From: Dictyostelium discoideum | Taxonomy: Eukaryota | DNA: 64,000 nucleotides | Reading direction: 5' to 3' | NCBI GenBank assembly: GCA_000004695.1 | Contig: CM000155.2 | Coordinates: 640,001 to 704,000 of the forward strand | Shown here: positions 41,217 to 53,934 of the stretch, piece after piece | How the letters are laid out: each line of letters starts with the position of its first letter | Position numbering within the stretch: the first letter of the stretch is position 1 | Notes under the pieces: generated by a model | What the model was told of the DNA's origin: nothing | Databases searched by the model: none | Seen by the model: only the letters and a program-made list of their open reading frames with translations | Program-made: the position numbers and the translations under genes

Positions 41217-41610
41217 TTTCAAATATATATTTTATTTGATTGGAATTTATTAAATTATAAAGTAAAAAATTTAAAAAAAAAAACTTTTAACAATAGTTAT
41301 TTTTTTTTTTTTTTAAAATTTAATTTTTTTAAAATAAATTTATTTTAATAATTCTCAGATTTGTGAGAAAAAAAAATAAAATAAAAAAATAAAAATAAAT
41401 TCTAAAAATAATTATCAAATGTTTTATTTTTATTTTTTTATTTTTATTTTTTTTTTCTCATAATCTGAGAAAAAAGATTTTTTCCCCACCCGATTTATCA
41501 ATTAAATCAAAATATTTTAATAATTGATTAATGGGGGAAAAAAAAAATAAAAAAAAAAAAAAAATTTTATTTATTTAATTTTTTTAAACTTTTTTTATTT
41601 TTTTTTTTTT

Positions 41611-44151
41611 TTAGAATCTGTTTTTAACACCACTTAAAAAATAATCATAAATTATAGAATCATTATTATCCTTAAAATATTGATTACAAAGCTCTACAAA
41701 TAAAGTTGGTCTTTTAATTGATTCAAAAAATTTGAGATTTGTGGCAGTGTCTAAAGAAATCAAATTTGAATATGATACTGAAATTAACTCTTCAGCATAT
41801 TTAAATAATAAATTATTAACCAATGATTTTAATAAATCACCAAATGAATTCTTGAAACTACCACATGAACAATTCCTTCCAAAAATAAATTCAAATGAGA
41901 ATATATTTGGTAATAAATAATTTCTAATTTGATAAGAAATTGAATTATTATTATTATTATTATTAAGAGTGACAGGAGGTGTTTGAATATTTGAATATTG
42001 TTTATTACAATCATAAAATCTACTATAAGGGATAGTAGTTTCGTGTGGAAATGATAGTATATATTTTGTAAACTTTGGAGATCTAATATGAAGAAAATAA
42101 AATGTTTCATATAATCCAGGTTCACTGAACCAACTTGGGTAACCAGTATTTCCATTATTAATATATTGGTGTACTGATTCCATCATTTCAATTGTAAAAC
42201 CTTTATGTTGAATTAATTTTCTATAAAGATGTTGAATCATTATGTTAATACCATTACTAAAAGGCACATATTCTTTAAATCTATCATAAAATGATTTTAT
42301 TAGAGTGATCATTGCAGTAATATCGGTAGCAACTTTACCATCACCATTACCATTATTACTATCATCATCACCATAATGATATATTATACGATTAGCTCCA
42401 TATCCATGTTTGAAAATGATTGCTTTAGTATTAATTGAAGGATTATAAGATTCAACTAAATCATCGAATATATTTGAATCAAATTTAACCTTTTTACAAC
42501 AATTATTTAATAAAAATTGTAATTGAATTAAATCCAATTTAAAAATTGAATTTACAATAATTTCTTGAATCTCTTTAATTTTGAAATTCTCTTCAATTTT
42601 AAATTCTAAAAATGCTGCTTCTGTTGCTGATGATGATGATGATTGTGATGATTTATAATATCGAACTAATTGATTATAAAATCTTTTTAAATTTTCATTT
42701 GTAAAACTTTTAAATTTTGATTGATTTAAATAATTTAATAATTTAATAATTTGTTTAATTGGAGTATTTGGTAAAATGAAATCATCATCATCATTATCAT
42801 TATCATTATCATTAGATTGAAAGTCTAAAACTTTAATATTTAATGAATCTATAATTTTCAAATTATTTAAATCACATTGTTGGATTGATTTCTTGAATAG
42901 GTATCTAAATATATACTCTTTTGATTGTTGCTCTACTTGTATTGAATTCTCTTTGCCTTTTAAATAAAATGATTGAATTGATTTAAAAGAATTTAATTGA
43001 CCTGTTACTTCTTTACTATCATTATTATTATTATTATTATTATTACTATTATTATTATTAAAATTATATGCATATTGAATTATTTGAAAATCAGTAAAAA
43101 CAATAGAATGATCATTTAATAATACTGATAAAATAACTTTATTTTCAAATGAAATTAACCAATTTATAATTAATTTATCAGATATTATTAATGAATAAGA
43201 TTGTTGTTTTTCTAAATTTTGATTATTATTATTATTTTTAATATATTTTAAAATTGGAAACATATGAAATTTCTTTAAATTCATTTTCTTTTTATATTCA
43301 TTATAAAAATTAATTATAAATGGTATTGAAATTGATGGTTTACTTAATTTAATATATCTTAAAAATGAAATTAAATAAGATTCATCAGAACCATCATTTT
43401 TATCTTTAAATTCATCTTTATTATCTTTGAATGCATTTAAATAATGATCACCATAATAAAATTCATCAAGTTCATCTTTACATTGATGAAATTCATCAAT
43501 TGATTCATTATATTTTAAAATGTAATCTTTATATAATTCTATTTGTTTTGTTTCAATAATTATAAATTTTTGTAATTTTTTTAATTTATATTTTTCAATA
43601 TCACAACTACTACCACTACTACCACTTTTACTACCACTACTACTACCACTACTACCACTACTATTGCTACTGATTTTTTTAATTTTATTATTAATTTTAT
43701 CTAATTTTGAATCAAGTGGTTTAATTGGTTTATTTAAAACATGGATTAAATTTGTTCTATGTGTAAATAATAATTCATCAAATGATTGATTAATTGTTAA
43801 ATTAAATGGTTTAGTGACGAAAAGACGATTTGTAAAGATTGATAAATCATAGATTTTATTTAATAAATTATAATTTTCAAAATCATATATTTTTCCAAAT
43901 GAAAAACTATTTTTTTCATCATTACATTTTGAATCGTATAAACCACTATTAAATAAGAAAAATTCTAATAATTGTTCTCTACTTTCTTCTCTATTCTTTA
44001 AAATTAATGATATTAATGTTTTATTTCCAATAAATGGTTCAACTTTTTCAATTTTACCATATTGTTGAATTTGAATTTTTATAAATTCTTTTATAAATTC
44101 GATACTTGAATATTTTAAAACATATTGTAAATTTGATGGTAAAACTTTCAT
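41611..44151 (-). CDS. Hypothetical large Asn-rich protein, 846 aa
   Basis: Long uninterrupted ORF with coding-type composition. No domain recognised. Its last ~190 bp of coding sequence has diverged non-coding copies at 35880-36135 and 36788-36975. In frame upstream of the ATG, the (AAT)n repeat reads as poly-N back to a stop at 44371, with no ATG. Confidence 0.55.
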   Translation of the reverse strand: MKVLPSNLQYVLKYSSIEFIKEFIKIQIQQYGKIEKVEPFIGNKTLISLILKNREESREQLLEFFLFNSGLYDSKCNDEKNSFSFGKIYDFENYNLLNKIYDLSIFTNRLFVTKPFNLTINQSFDELLFTHRTNLIHVLNKPIKPLDSKLDKINNKIKKISSNSSGSSGSSSGSKSGSSGSSCDIEKYKLKKLQKFIIIETKQIELYKDYILKYNESIDEFHQCKDELDEFYYGDHYLNAFKDNKDEFKDKNDGSDESYLISFLRYIKLSKPSISIPFIINFYNEYKKKMNLKKFHMFPILKYIKNNNNNQNLEKQQSYSLIISDKLIINWLISFENKVILSVLLNDHSIVFTDFQIIQYAYNFNNNNSNNNNNNNNDSKEVTGQLNSFKSIQSFYLKGKENSIQVEQQSKEYIFRYLFKKSIQQCDLNNLKIIDSLNIKVLDFQSNDNDNDNDDDDFILPNTPIKQIIKLLNYLNQSKFKSFTNENLKRFYNQLVRYYKSSQSSSSSATEAAFLEFKIEENFKIKEIQEIIVNSIFKLDLIQLQFLLNNCCKKVKFDSNIFDDLVESYNPSINTKAIIFKHGYGANRIIYHYGDDDSNNGNGDGKVATDITAMITLIKSFYDRFKEYVPFSNGINIMIQHLYRKLIQHKGFTIEMMESVHQYINNGNTGYPSWFSEPGLYETFYFLHIRSPKFTKYILSFPHETTIPYSRFYDCNKQYSNIQTPPVTLNNNNNNNSISYQIRNYLLPNIFSFEFIFGRNCSCGSFKNSFGDLLKSLVNNLLFKYAEELISVSYSNLISLDTATNLKFFESIKRPTLFVELCNQYFKDNNDSIIYDYFLSGVKNRF

Positions 44152-44249
44152 TGAATAAGGCTCACTTATTAATAATTTAAAAATTTTAATTCTATTTGAT
44201 TTAATTGATAATTTAATTAAATCAAAATCAGTAAATAATTTTTTTTCAA

Positions 44250-44737
<488 letters not shown>

Positions 44738-45439
44738 CTTTTTTTTTTTTTTAGATTTAATATTTATTATTTATATAATTCTTGTGTGAAAAAAAAAAAA
44801 AAAAAAAAAAAATGAAAAAAAAAAAAAAAAAATTTGAAAAAAAAAAAAAATTGAAAAAAAAATGAAAAAGATTTAAAAAAAATGAAAAAAAATCAAAAAA
44901 TCAAAAAAAAAAAAAAATTCAAAATCTTGCTTTTGATTGGTTGCTTTCATAAATTCGAATTTTTGGGACATAACGTTTCATAAATAAGAAATTACCAAAA
45001 AAAAAAAAAAAAAAAAAAAAACCGTACCTTTTTATACCCAAAAATATTTTCAAAAATATTATTGTTTTTTTTAAAAAAAAAAATAAATAAATAATTAAAA
45101 AAAAAATCTTGTTTCCTTGGGAAATTAATTAATTTTTATTCTCGTTTTTTTTATTTTTTCAAAAATTCAAGTACCAATGAATATAATAAAAAAAAAAAAT
45201 CTTGTTTCCTTGGGAATTTTTTTTTTTTATTTTAATTTTTTTTTTTTTTTAATCCTGGTTGAAAATATTCTGATATTAAAAAAAATATAAATTCCTGCAT
45301 GTATTTTTTTTTTTTATTCTGTTCCAAAATTAACACATTTATATTCATAATAAATAAAAATAAAAAAAATAAATAAATGAGGGAATAAAAAATAAAAAAA
45401 ATTAATAAATCCCTAATAAAATAATTTAAAAAAAAAAAA

Positions 45440-45838
45440 ATGAAACTATTAATTTCATTAATATTAATTTTAACAATTTCATTTATTAATAATTGTAATT
45501 CTATTTTAGTAACTGAAAATGAATTTTACCAAAAAAAAAAGGAATCAAATAAAAATATTTGTTTCCCAAATGGTGATCCTAATATCAATGGTTTTAATAC
45601 AATAGTAAGAGGTGTTAGTTATAATTCAAATTATCCATCACCAAATGGTTTTGGTGAAAATCAAAATTCATATTATACAGAAAACCCGATGGATGTTGAT
45701 TTCTTAAACCAAAGATTCTCAGTTGATTTCTCTCTTCAATCAGAAACTGGAAGTGTTTTTGGTAAATTTTTGGCATTCACTCAAAATGTAAGTTTGTTTT
45801 ATTAATATTAATAATAATAATAATTTTCATAATATGGT

Positions 45839-45890
<52 letters not shown>

Positions 45891-46289
45891 CATTAGAAAA
45901 CTGAATATTATATTATTAGCAGAGGAGAAATAGGTAATGCAACTTGTTATATATCTAAAATGGATTACGAAATTAAATCATTATTAAAGTTATCATTTGC
46001 ATCAGATACTACACTTGGTCAAGTACCATGTGAATTTTATTCTATTGATTCCCCACTAAAACAAAATGATACATTTGAATTGGTTTTTGTTGACAAAAAT
46101 CATTGTTCATTGATGGCCTCAATTTCAACAATTGAAGCTTTAAACGAAGGTGAATCAATGGCAATTTATATGAATTATGTGCCATACTCAAAACCAGATT
46201 TCTATCAATTACCAACTGAATGTGAAAATCCAACTCCGATTGATCAAATTTTCAGACCAAAATTATTAAATCTATTCGCTAAATACTAA
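45440..46289 (+). CDS. Secreted Cys-containing protein, paralogue B; exons 45440..45787 and 45897..46289
   Basis: Signal peptide MKLLISLILILTISFINNCNS. Donor AAT|GTAAGT is at the same codon (FTQN/FSSN) as in paralogue A. The intron has a poly-T run. Exon 2 KTEYYIISRGE... runs to a TAA stop. The conserved blocks are shared with 3919..4794: ICFP.G...INGF and NQ.D.DF.NQR. Confidence 0.7.
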
Positions 46290-46425
46290 ATATATAAATA
46301 TATATATATAATATATATATATTTATTATTTATATATATTTAGTATTTATCATTTATTTACTTTATATTTTAAATATAATAATAAAACCATATAGGATGA
46401 ATTATTTATTTATTTTTTTATTTAT

Positions 46426-47098
46426 TTATTTTCTTTTCTTTTTATTTACAGGTTGAGGAGTATCATTAAAGTTATATTCTTCTAAATAGTCCATATCTGG
46501 TTTAATACCAAAACTTGTATCGAAATCACTTGGACGAATATTATATTTTGAATCACAAAATTGTCTTAAAGATGATATGTTATCAGTGTATCTATTAACG
46601 GCAGCGATTGCAATTTTAATATCTCTCTTTTTATCATCAATTAATGATGAATCTGCATATAACAATAATTCTTCTTTAAAACTTTTATTATCATCTTTTA
46701 ATGTTTGTAATTTTTCTAAATTTTTTGTTCTTGTTTCCTAAATATTTATTATTATTATTTTTGGTTAATATAAATTAATTTATTATTATTAATTTATTAT
46801 CTAAACAATACATACAGATTCAACTCTTTCACTTTTTAATTGTTCAATTTTTTTAGTTTCTGATTGTATCCTTTCTTTTGTTTCAGATAATAATTTAGTT
46901 TGTTCAATTATTTTATCTTTTTTTGAATCAAATTCAAAACTTGGGAATGACCAATAAAAATTTGATGATCCCATTTTATCTGTATTTACAACACCATCAT
47001 CTATTAACATTTGTAATGTTTCTTTACATTGAACTTGTGCTAATAAAAAGTAAAAAATAAAATATAAGTTAAATATAAATTTATAAATAACAATAATG

Positions 47099-47134
<36 letters not shown>

Positions 47135-47387
47135 TTACTCATTCCTGTATACTTTGAAGCTTCTGATTCTACATCTTTACTTGAATATATTGTTGACTAA
47201 TTATTTATTAAATTATAATTAGTATATATATATATATATATTTATTTTTGTTGTTATAGTATATAGATTTCTCTCTCTCCTCTCTTTGATTGCTAATGTT
47301 AATGAGCATACATACATTAGAGTGGAAGAATTCTTTTAATTTTTCTTTTTTTTCTTCTGGTGACATACCCTTTCTTCTTGTTGCCAT
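46426..47387 (-). CDS. mnd1: Meiotic nuclear division protein 1 (MND1, partner of HOP2); exons 47387..47316, 47196..47139, 47039..46816 and 46737..46426
   Basis: Exon 1 MATRRKGMSPEEKKEKLKEFFHSN ends in a |GTATGT donor. Exon 2 is STIYSSKDVESEASKYTGM with a |GTAATA donor. Exon 3 reads QVQCKETLQMLIDDGVVNTDKMGSSNFYWSFPS... (matching human [30 protein letters not shown]) and ends at TCT|GTATGT. Exon 4 reads ...AIAAVNRYTDNISSLRQF...DTSFGIKPDMDYLE (matching AANRWTDNIFAIKSW...DRTFGIPEDFDY). All phases are consistent and the product is 221 aa. Confidence 0.8.
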
Positions 47388-47884
47388 CTTTATTTATTAT
47401 TTATATATTACAATATTATTTTATTTTTTAAATTTATCTATTTACAATTTGTTTTAAAAGTATAATTCAAAAAAAAAAAAAAATAAAATAAAATAATTTT
47501 CATTTTTTTTTTTTTTTTAATTTTCCTTTTTTTCACTTTTTTCAAAGAAAAAAAATAATTCCCCAAAAAAAAAAAAAAAAAGTAAGTGGTGTTATCGATA
47601 ACAATTAAATAACTCCAACCATATGATTTGTTTTTTTTTTTTTTTTTTTCTGATATATGAAATAAAAAATGAAAAATCAATAATCCTCAAACAAAAATAA
47701 AAAAAAAATAAAAAAAATGGTTTTTTAAAGTTTTATTTATTTCTTTTTATTAAACTTTAAGATGAAATTTTGTATACTATAAAAGAAATAATCATTAAAA
47801 TATTTTTAAAAAATCTCCTTTTTCATAAAACCATGAATCCCAAAAGAGAAATCAACAGATTTGCTAACTAATTTTTGTTTCCTG

Positions 47885-47915
<31 letters not shown>

Positions 47916-48163
47916 TTTTTTTTTTTTTGAAATTTTACAATTCTAATTATTTCCCGCCAAAATTTTTTAAAAATTTTTATAATTTTTTTTTGACAAAAAA
48001 AAAAAAAAAAAAAAAAAAAATCATTTTATTTTTATTTTGTTATTTATATGAATCTTTATGTAAATATAGGTTTTTTTTTTTTTTTTTTTCCCCTTTTAAA
48101 AAATTCATATTGAAAAGGGTATAGTTAAACAAAATAAAACAAAATAAAACAAAATAACCAAAT

Positions 48164-48409
48164 ATGGGTATATCAATTTTAAAAATTCAAAATTTTAAAT
48201 CATATAAAGGTAATCCCCTTATTGGTCCATTCAAGGATTTTTCATGTGTAATTGGTCCCAATGGTAGGGGAAAATCAAATATTATGGATGCTATCATCTT
48301 TGTATTAGGCCATAACTCTTCTCAAATTAGAAGTACAAAATTAAATGAATTAGTTAATACACATATTGTAACAGATAAAAGTAATTTTTTTTTTTTTTAT
48401 TTTTCTTAT

Positions 48410-48476
<67 letters not shown>

Positions 48477-51230
48477 GTAATAATAATAATAATATTAACC
48501 ATATATATATATATTTTTTTTATTTATAAAAATTTAATAATAATAAAAATAATAATAATATTAACCTTATAAGATAATAATGAAGGTGGTGATAATTCGA
48601 CTTATGTTGCAATTAATTTTAATCATCAAGGTAACAATTATAGATTTTCAAGAAAAATTATTGGTAATGGATCACAATATTTTTTTGAACAAACTCAAGT
48701 TTCAGCAGAACAATATCAAAAACATTTAAAAGATATTGGTATTGATATTGGTACAAAGAATTTCTTTGTATTTCAAGGTGATGTTGAGAGTATAGCTACA
48801 CAAAATCCAAAGCAAATTTCAGCATTTATTGATGATATCTCTGGTAGTAGAGCATTGAAATTTGAGTATGATAGATTATTGGGTGAAAAGTCTAAATGTG
48901 AAGATGACGTTTTCGCATCATACGCTAAAAGAAAAACGATAGCATTCGAGAAGGAGCAATACAAGGAGCAGTGGACCGAGGTGAAAGAGTACCAATCCAT
49001 GCAGGACCGAGTGGACTCTTTGAAAACTGATCAACAATTAGCTAAACTTTATCAAACCACCAAAGAGATGAGAAAGGAGCAAAAACTATTAGACGAAAGT
49101 AAACAACAAATCCAATCTATCCAATCGGATGAAATGAAGCCATTGGAACAACAATACACACAGACTAGTAAGAACCAGGCGTCATTGCATAAAGAGGTGG
49201 TGCAATTGGAGGATGATATCTCGAGGTTGATAAAGGGCAAGAAGAAGAAAGGCTCCGATCAGTATTCTGCCGAAGAGGAAATTAAGTATATTTCAGAGAA
49301 AATCAAGAAAACCAAATTAATCCTATCAAAAGCTGAAAACAGTCGTAGTAAACAAATACAAGAGATTGATCAACTTCGTAATGAATTAAATGAGTTTACT
49401 GAACAATTGGAGAATCTAGATGACGAAAAGGAGGTGGCAGAAACTGGGCTATCAATAAAGATGGACCATCAACAAATTGAAGAATACAATCAATTGAAAT
49501 TGCAATCAGGTAAGGAAACCTCTGGTTTAAAGATTAAATATGACCAACTATCGAGAGAGCACAAAATTGAACAGGACCAACACCAACAACTCACCTATAG
49601 ATTGGAGGAGTTTGAAACTATGAAAAAGAAATTCCAAGAATCTAAAGAGAAATTTCAAAATCAAAAAGATATTGAACAATCGAATTTCCAAGATTTAGAA
49701 CAGAAATTAAAAGAGTCAGAGAAAGAACTCGTACAATGTACCACTAGATTCAATGAGACACAACAACGTCAACAAAATTTAAATAATGATTTAGAGCGTA
49801 TTCAATATAGTCTTTCCGATTTGAAATCATTGAAATCTGAAAGTCAACGTGATAGACAATTCAATCAAACCGTTGAAACTTTGAAAAGTATTTTCCCAGG
49901 TGTTAAAGGTAAACTAATGGATTTATGCGAACCTTCACAACGTAAATATGCAACCGCATTGACTCTAACAATGGGCAAACTAATGGATGCCATCATCGTT
50001 GACACTGAAGAGACTCTAATTGGTTGTGTACGTTATTTAAAGGAGCAATTACTTGGTGTTGCAACATTTATAAGTTTAGATCGTTTACAAATGGTTAAAC
50101 CAATTAATCAACAGTTACGTCAAATTAGTGGTGGTGGTGGTGGTAGTACAGCTAAATTATTATTCGATTGTTTAAAGATTCAAAAAGGTATAGAAGATGC
50201 TGTATTGTATGCATTGGGTAATACAGTGGTTTGTGAAAGTTTAGCAGAGGCAAAGTTATTGGCATTTGGTGGTAAAGATCGTGTAAAGGTTATAACTATA
50301 CAAGGTATTAGAATCACAAAATCAGGTTTAATGAGTGGTGGTGGTTTATCATCAATTAAATCCAAATCATCACAATGGGATACTAAACGTGTTGAAGAAT
50401 TAAAGAAACAAAGAGACACCATATTGGCAGAACTATCCGATGTAATCCAATTGAATGAGATTTTCAATCAACGCCAACAATTGACAAGTCAAGTACATCA
50501 ATTGAAATCGGATTATTCATTATCAAAGAGTAAAATTGAGTTACTCAATGATAGATTGAAAAAGAATCAACAAGAATTGGAAACCAATGAAAAGGTAATC
50601 AATGAAACAATCATTCCCGAGTTATCGGAATTGAATGAAACATTGGCAAAACGTAAAACTCAATTAGATCAACTACAAAGTGAAATCAATTCAATAGAGG
50701 AGAGATATTTCAGTGGATTCTCAAAGAAATTTGGTGTTGACAATATCAGAGAGTATGAAGATAACAGGTTGGCTAAAATTCAAGAAAACATTCAAAAGAG
50801 ATTATCATTAACTGAATCGATCTCTGTGATTCAATCACGTTTAGACTATGAACAGGGTAGAGAGATTGATAATGAAATTAAACAACTCTCTGAAGAATTG
50901 AATGCAAATGAAAAGATATTAGATCAAGAATTGGAACATAAGAAAGAGAATGATGAAAAAGAGAAACAATTCAAAGAGAATCTATCCGATCTACAAAAAC
51001 AACATACTGAAAAGAAATCACAATTAGATAAAATGAATATAACCATTAAAGATTTGAAAAAACAATTATCAACTTTTAATAATCAAATCACTGATATTGA
51101 AAAATTAAGTAATCGTCATGATTTTAATATTACAAAACTTCGTGGTGTTTATCATCAAATTTTAATTGAAACTAGAAATGAAGATATTCGTTTACCAATT
51201 TTACAATTTAAAGGTAAAGAAATTGATCAA

Positions 51231-51292
<62 letters not shown>

Positions 51293-52478
51293 TAAATCTG
51301 AAGGTGAAACTGAAGATAATAATAAAAAACAAAAAAATAAAGATAGTGAAGCTGAAGTTGATGAAAGTGCTGTAAGTGAAGGTGAAAATGTTAAAAAACC
51401 AAAGAAACCAACAATTAAAAAGAAAAAATCATCAATAAAAAGAAAAAGAGAAACAAATAAAGGTGATCAAGAAGATAATCAAGAAGAAGATGAAGAAGAT
51501 GAAGATGATATATTTAATGAATCAGATGTTGAAGAAAATGAAAAACCAAATATTTTACAAGATATAATTAAAGATATAACACAAGCAATGGTACAAGATG
51601 ATATTTTAGATATTTATGAAGATGAAGCATCAATTAAATTCAATTATTCGTCATTGAAAAAACGTGTATTTGTTGATCAAAAAACTTATGAAGAATATCT
51701 TAGAAAGTTAACAATCGATATTGAAACCATTGGTAAAGAGATGAAAAGAGTTATGCCAAATTATAAAGCCTATGAGCATTTGGTTGATGTTAGTGATAAA
51801 TTGAAAAAAGTTAGAAAAGAGTTAAACCAAGCTAGAGACAATGCAAAAACAAAGATAGACTCATTCAATCGTGTTAGAGACCAAAGAAAACAATTGTTTT
51901 TAAGAGCGTTCAAGAGGATTGCAAAGAATCTCACTTCAATCTATTCAGAGTTGACAAGAGAGTTGGAACCACCTTATCATAGGGGTTCGGCTCATTTGGC
52001 TTTGGAAGACACTGAAAATCCTTTCAACTCTGGTGTAAGGTTCACTGTTATCCCACCAAATAAAAGATTCCAAGAGATGGATCAATTGAGTGGTGGTGAG
52101 AAATCAGTGGCTGCTTTGGCTTTCCTTTTCTCAACTCATGGCTTGAAATCAACTCCATTTATGATTCTCGATGAAATAGATGCCGCCTTCGATAGTGTAA
52201 ACGTTTTGAAATTGGTGCGTTATGTTAGACATAAAGCAAGTAAAGATCTTCAATTCTTGGTAATCTCTTTGAAAGAACAATTCTTTGTCCACTCTGATCT
52301 TTTAGTTGGTGTTTGTAGAGAACCAGATTCACAATCAAAATCTTTCCATTTACTTTTAGAAGAATTCCCTGAATCTGATGAAGCAAAGAAAGCTTTAATC
52401 TCAAAAGGTGACGATGAAACTGAAACTGATGGTAAAACTTCTGCAACTTCTGGTAGTAGTGAAAGTGAAAATGACTAA
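48164..52478 (+). CDS. smc1: Structural maintenance of chromosomes protein 1 (cohesin SMC1); exons 48164..48380 and 48574..52478
   Basis: N-terminus LKIQNFKSYKG...VIGPNGRGKSNIMDAIIFVLG. Donor AAAA|GTAATT and a 193 bp intron containing (AAT)n are followed by an ATAAG acceptor. Exon 2 reads NNNEGGDNSTYVAINF...NFFVFQGDVESIATQNPK. The hinge reads GKLMDLCEPSQRKYATALTLTMGKLMDAIIVDTEETLIGCVRYLKEQ, and the C-terminus reads LSGGEKSVAALAFLFS...FMILDEIDAAFD, which is SMC1-type. Confidence 0.9.
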
Positions 52479-52837
52479 ATAATACACTATAAAAAAAATA
52501 AAAATTAAAAATTAAAATAATAAATATTTTAAAATTAAAATCAATTTATATATAAATTGATAAAAGAAATAAAAAAAAAAAAAATACTAATTATGTTTTA
52601 CTAGATTTTTATTCAAATTTTTGCTAATCAGACTTGGAATTGGAAAATATTTAAAAAATTCAATTTTATTCTATTTTTCTTATATTTATAAATTATTAAA
52701 CCAAAAAAAAAAAAAAACCCATTTTATTTTTGAAATATAATTTTATTTAATTATAATTTAATTTGTTTTGAAATATTTCTTAGGTTTTATTTGAAAAATT
52801 TAGGGGGAATGATATGGTCATCTATTTTCGTAATGTC

Positions 52838-52978
52838 ATAGTGCATAGATAAATCTTTCCTTTCTCTGACACCAGATAAATATTGATCATTTTTATATCC
52901 CTTTTGATATGATAGTATTGATATGAACGTTAACTTTTCTAAATGATATAGTGCATAGATAAATCTTTCCTTTCTCTA
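52838..52978 (+). repeat. Direct repeat of about 31 bp (ATAGTGCATAGATAAATCTTTCCTTTCTCT) spaced 110 bp apart
   Basis: Two identical non-AT-homopolymer copies at 52838-52868 and 52948-52978 in the SMC1 3-prime flank. Confidence 0.8.
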
Positions 52979-53934
52979 CCATTAGATTGGTTTAGGATAC
53001 ATATCACATAACTACATTTTCTTTAAAAGTAACCATTTATAAAAAGAATTCTTTTTTCTATATTTTTAAAAAATAAAATTAGATAATTTATTTTTTATTT
53101 TGTTATTATTTTTAATTCTCTCTTTTACCTTTTTTTCTCTTTTTTAATTCTATCCTTAATCTTTTAATTTTTTTGTTTTTGAAATAATACTATTTCATTT
53201 TATTTGATTTAATTCTTTAGTTTGGAATGAAAAAAAAAAAAAAAAAAAAAAAGATCAATTTATACTCGAATAATTTTTTATTGTTTCCGATTTAAAACTA
53301 TTTAGATTTGACCTAAAAAGGAATTTTTACTTTTTTTTTTTTTCCTTTTTTTTAATCAACCAAAAATTCTAAATTGGTAATTATTAGATAAACAAATAGG
53401 GAAATATTTATTATTTTATTATTTTAGTATTTTTATTCTCCCCATGAACCATCTATCCATCAACATTTTAAAATTTCCACTCACAAGTATTCAAACAAAA
53501 AAAAAAATAAATAAAAAATAAAAAAATAAAAAATAAAAAAATAAACAAAAAAAAAATAAAAAAATGAAATAAATTTTATGGATGTAATAATAATTATAGA
53601 TTTGTTTTTCTTTTACCTTTTTTTTTTTTTTGTTTTGTTTTATTTTATTTTTTTAATTTTGAAATATATTGAAATAAATAATTGGAAATGATTAAGATTT
53701 TATGATAATTATGAAAATAAAAAAAAAAACTAAAAAACAAAATGTGAATATATCTCTTTGTACATTTTTTATATTTTATTTCATTATTTATTATAGGTTG
53801 TAGGATTCTTATTATTATTATTATTATTAATATTATTATTATTATTACATTTTATTTTAGTTTTGTTTTTTTTTTTTTTTTTTTATATAATTATTTATTA
53901 TTTATTATTTAAAATTTATTTTTGATTATTATTA

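Larger units (their letters stand above)
33600..41300. repeat. Tandem segmental-duplication array. Each unit comprises [3-prime UTR element ATTAAATTGAAATGATAAGAATATTT] then [BMT5-like gene, minus strand] then [71 bp exon 1] then [ATTGATTTG..AATTTCATATAAATCTCATAAAATTCTCAATAAAATGG motif] then [copy of the 3-prime end of gene 41611..44151]
   Basis: Full units lie at 33660-35030, 38260-39560 and 39965-41230. Solo exon-1 fragments lie at 35440-35530 and 36420-36550. A 5-prime body fragment lies at 36240-36340. The 3-prime UTR element recurs at 33740-33790, 36160-36240, 37040-37090, 38260-38300 and 40040-40075. Confidence 0.75.

Noticed and set aside
49052-52446. ORFs 48773..49000, 49052..49240, 50180..50467, 51166..51375 and 52225..52446
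   Set aside because: They are inside, or antisense to, the SMC1 exon.
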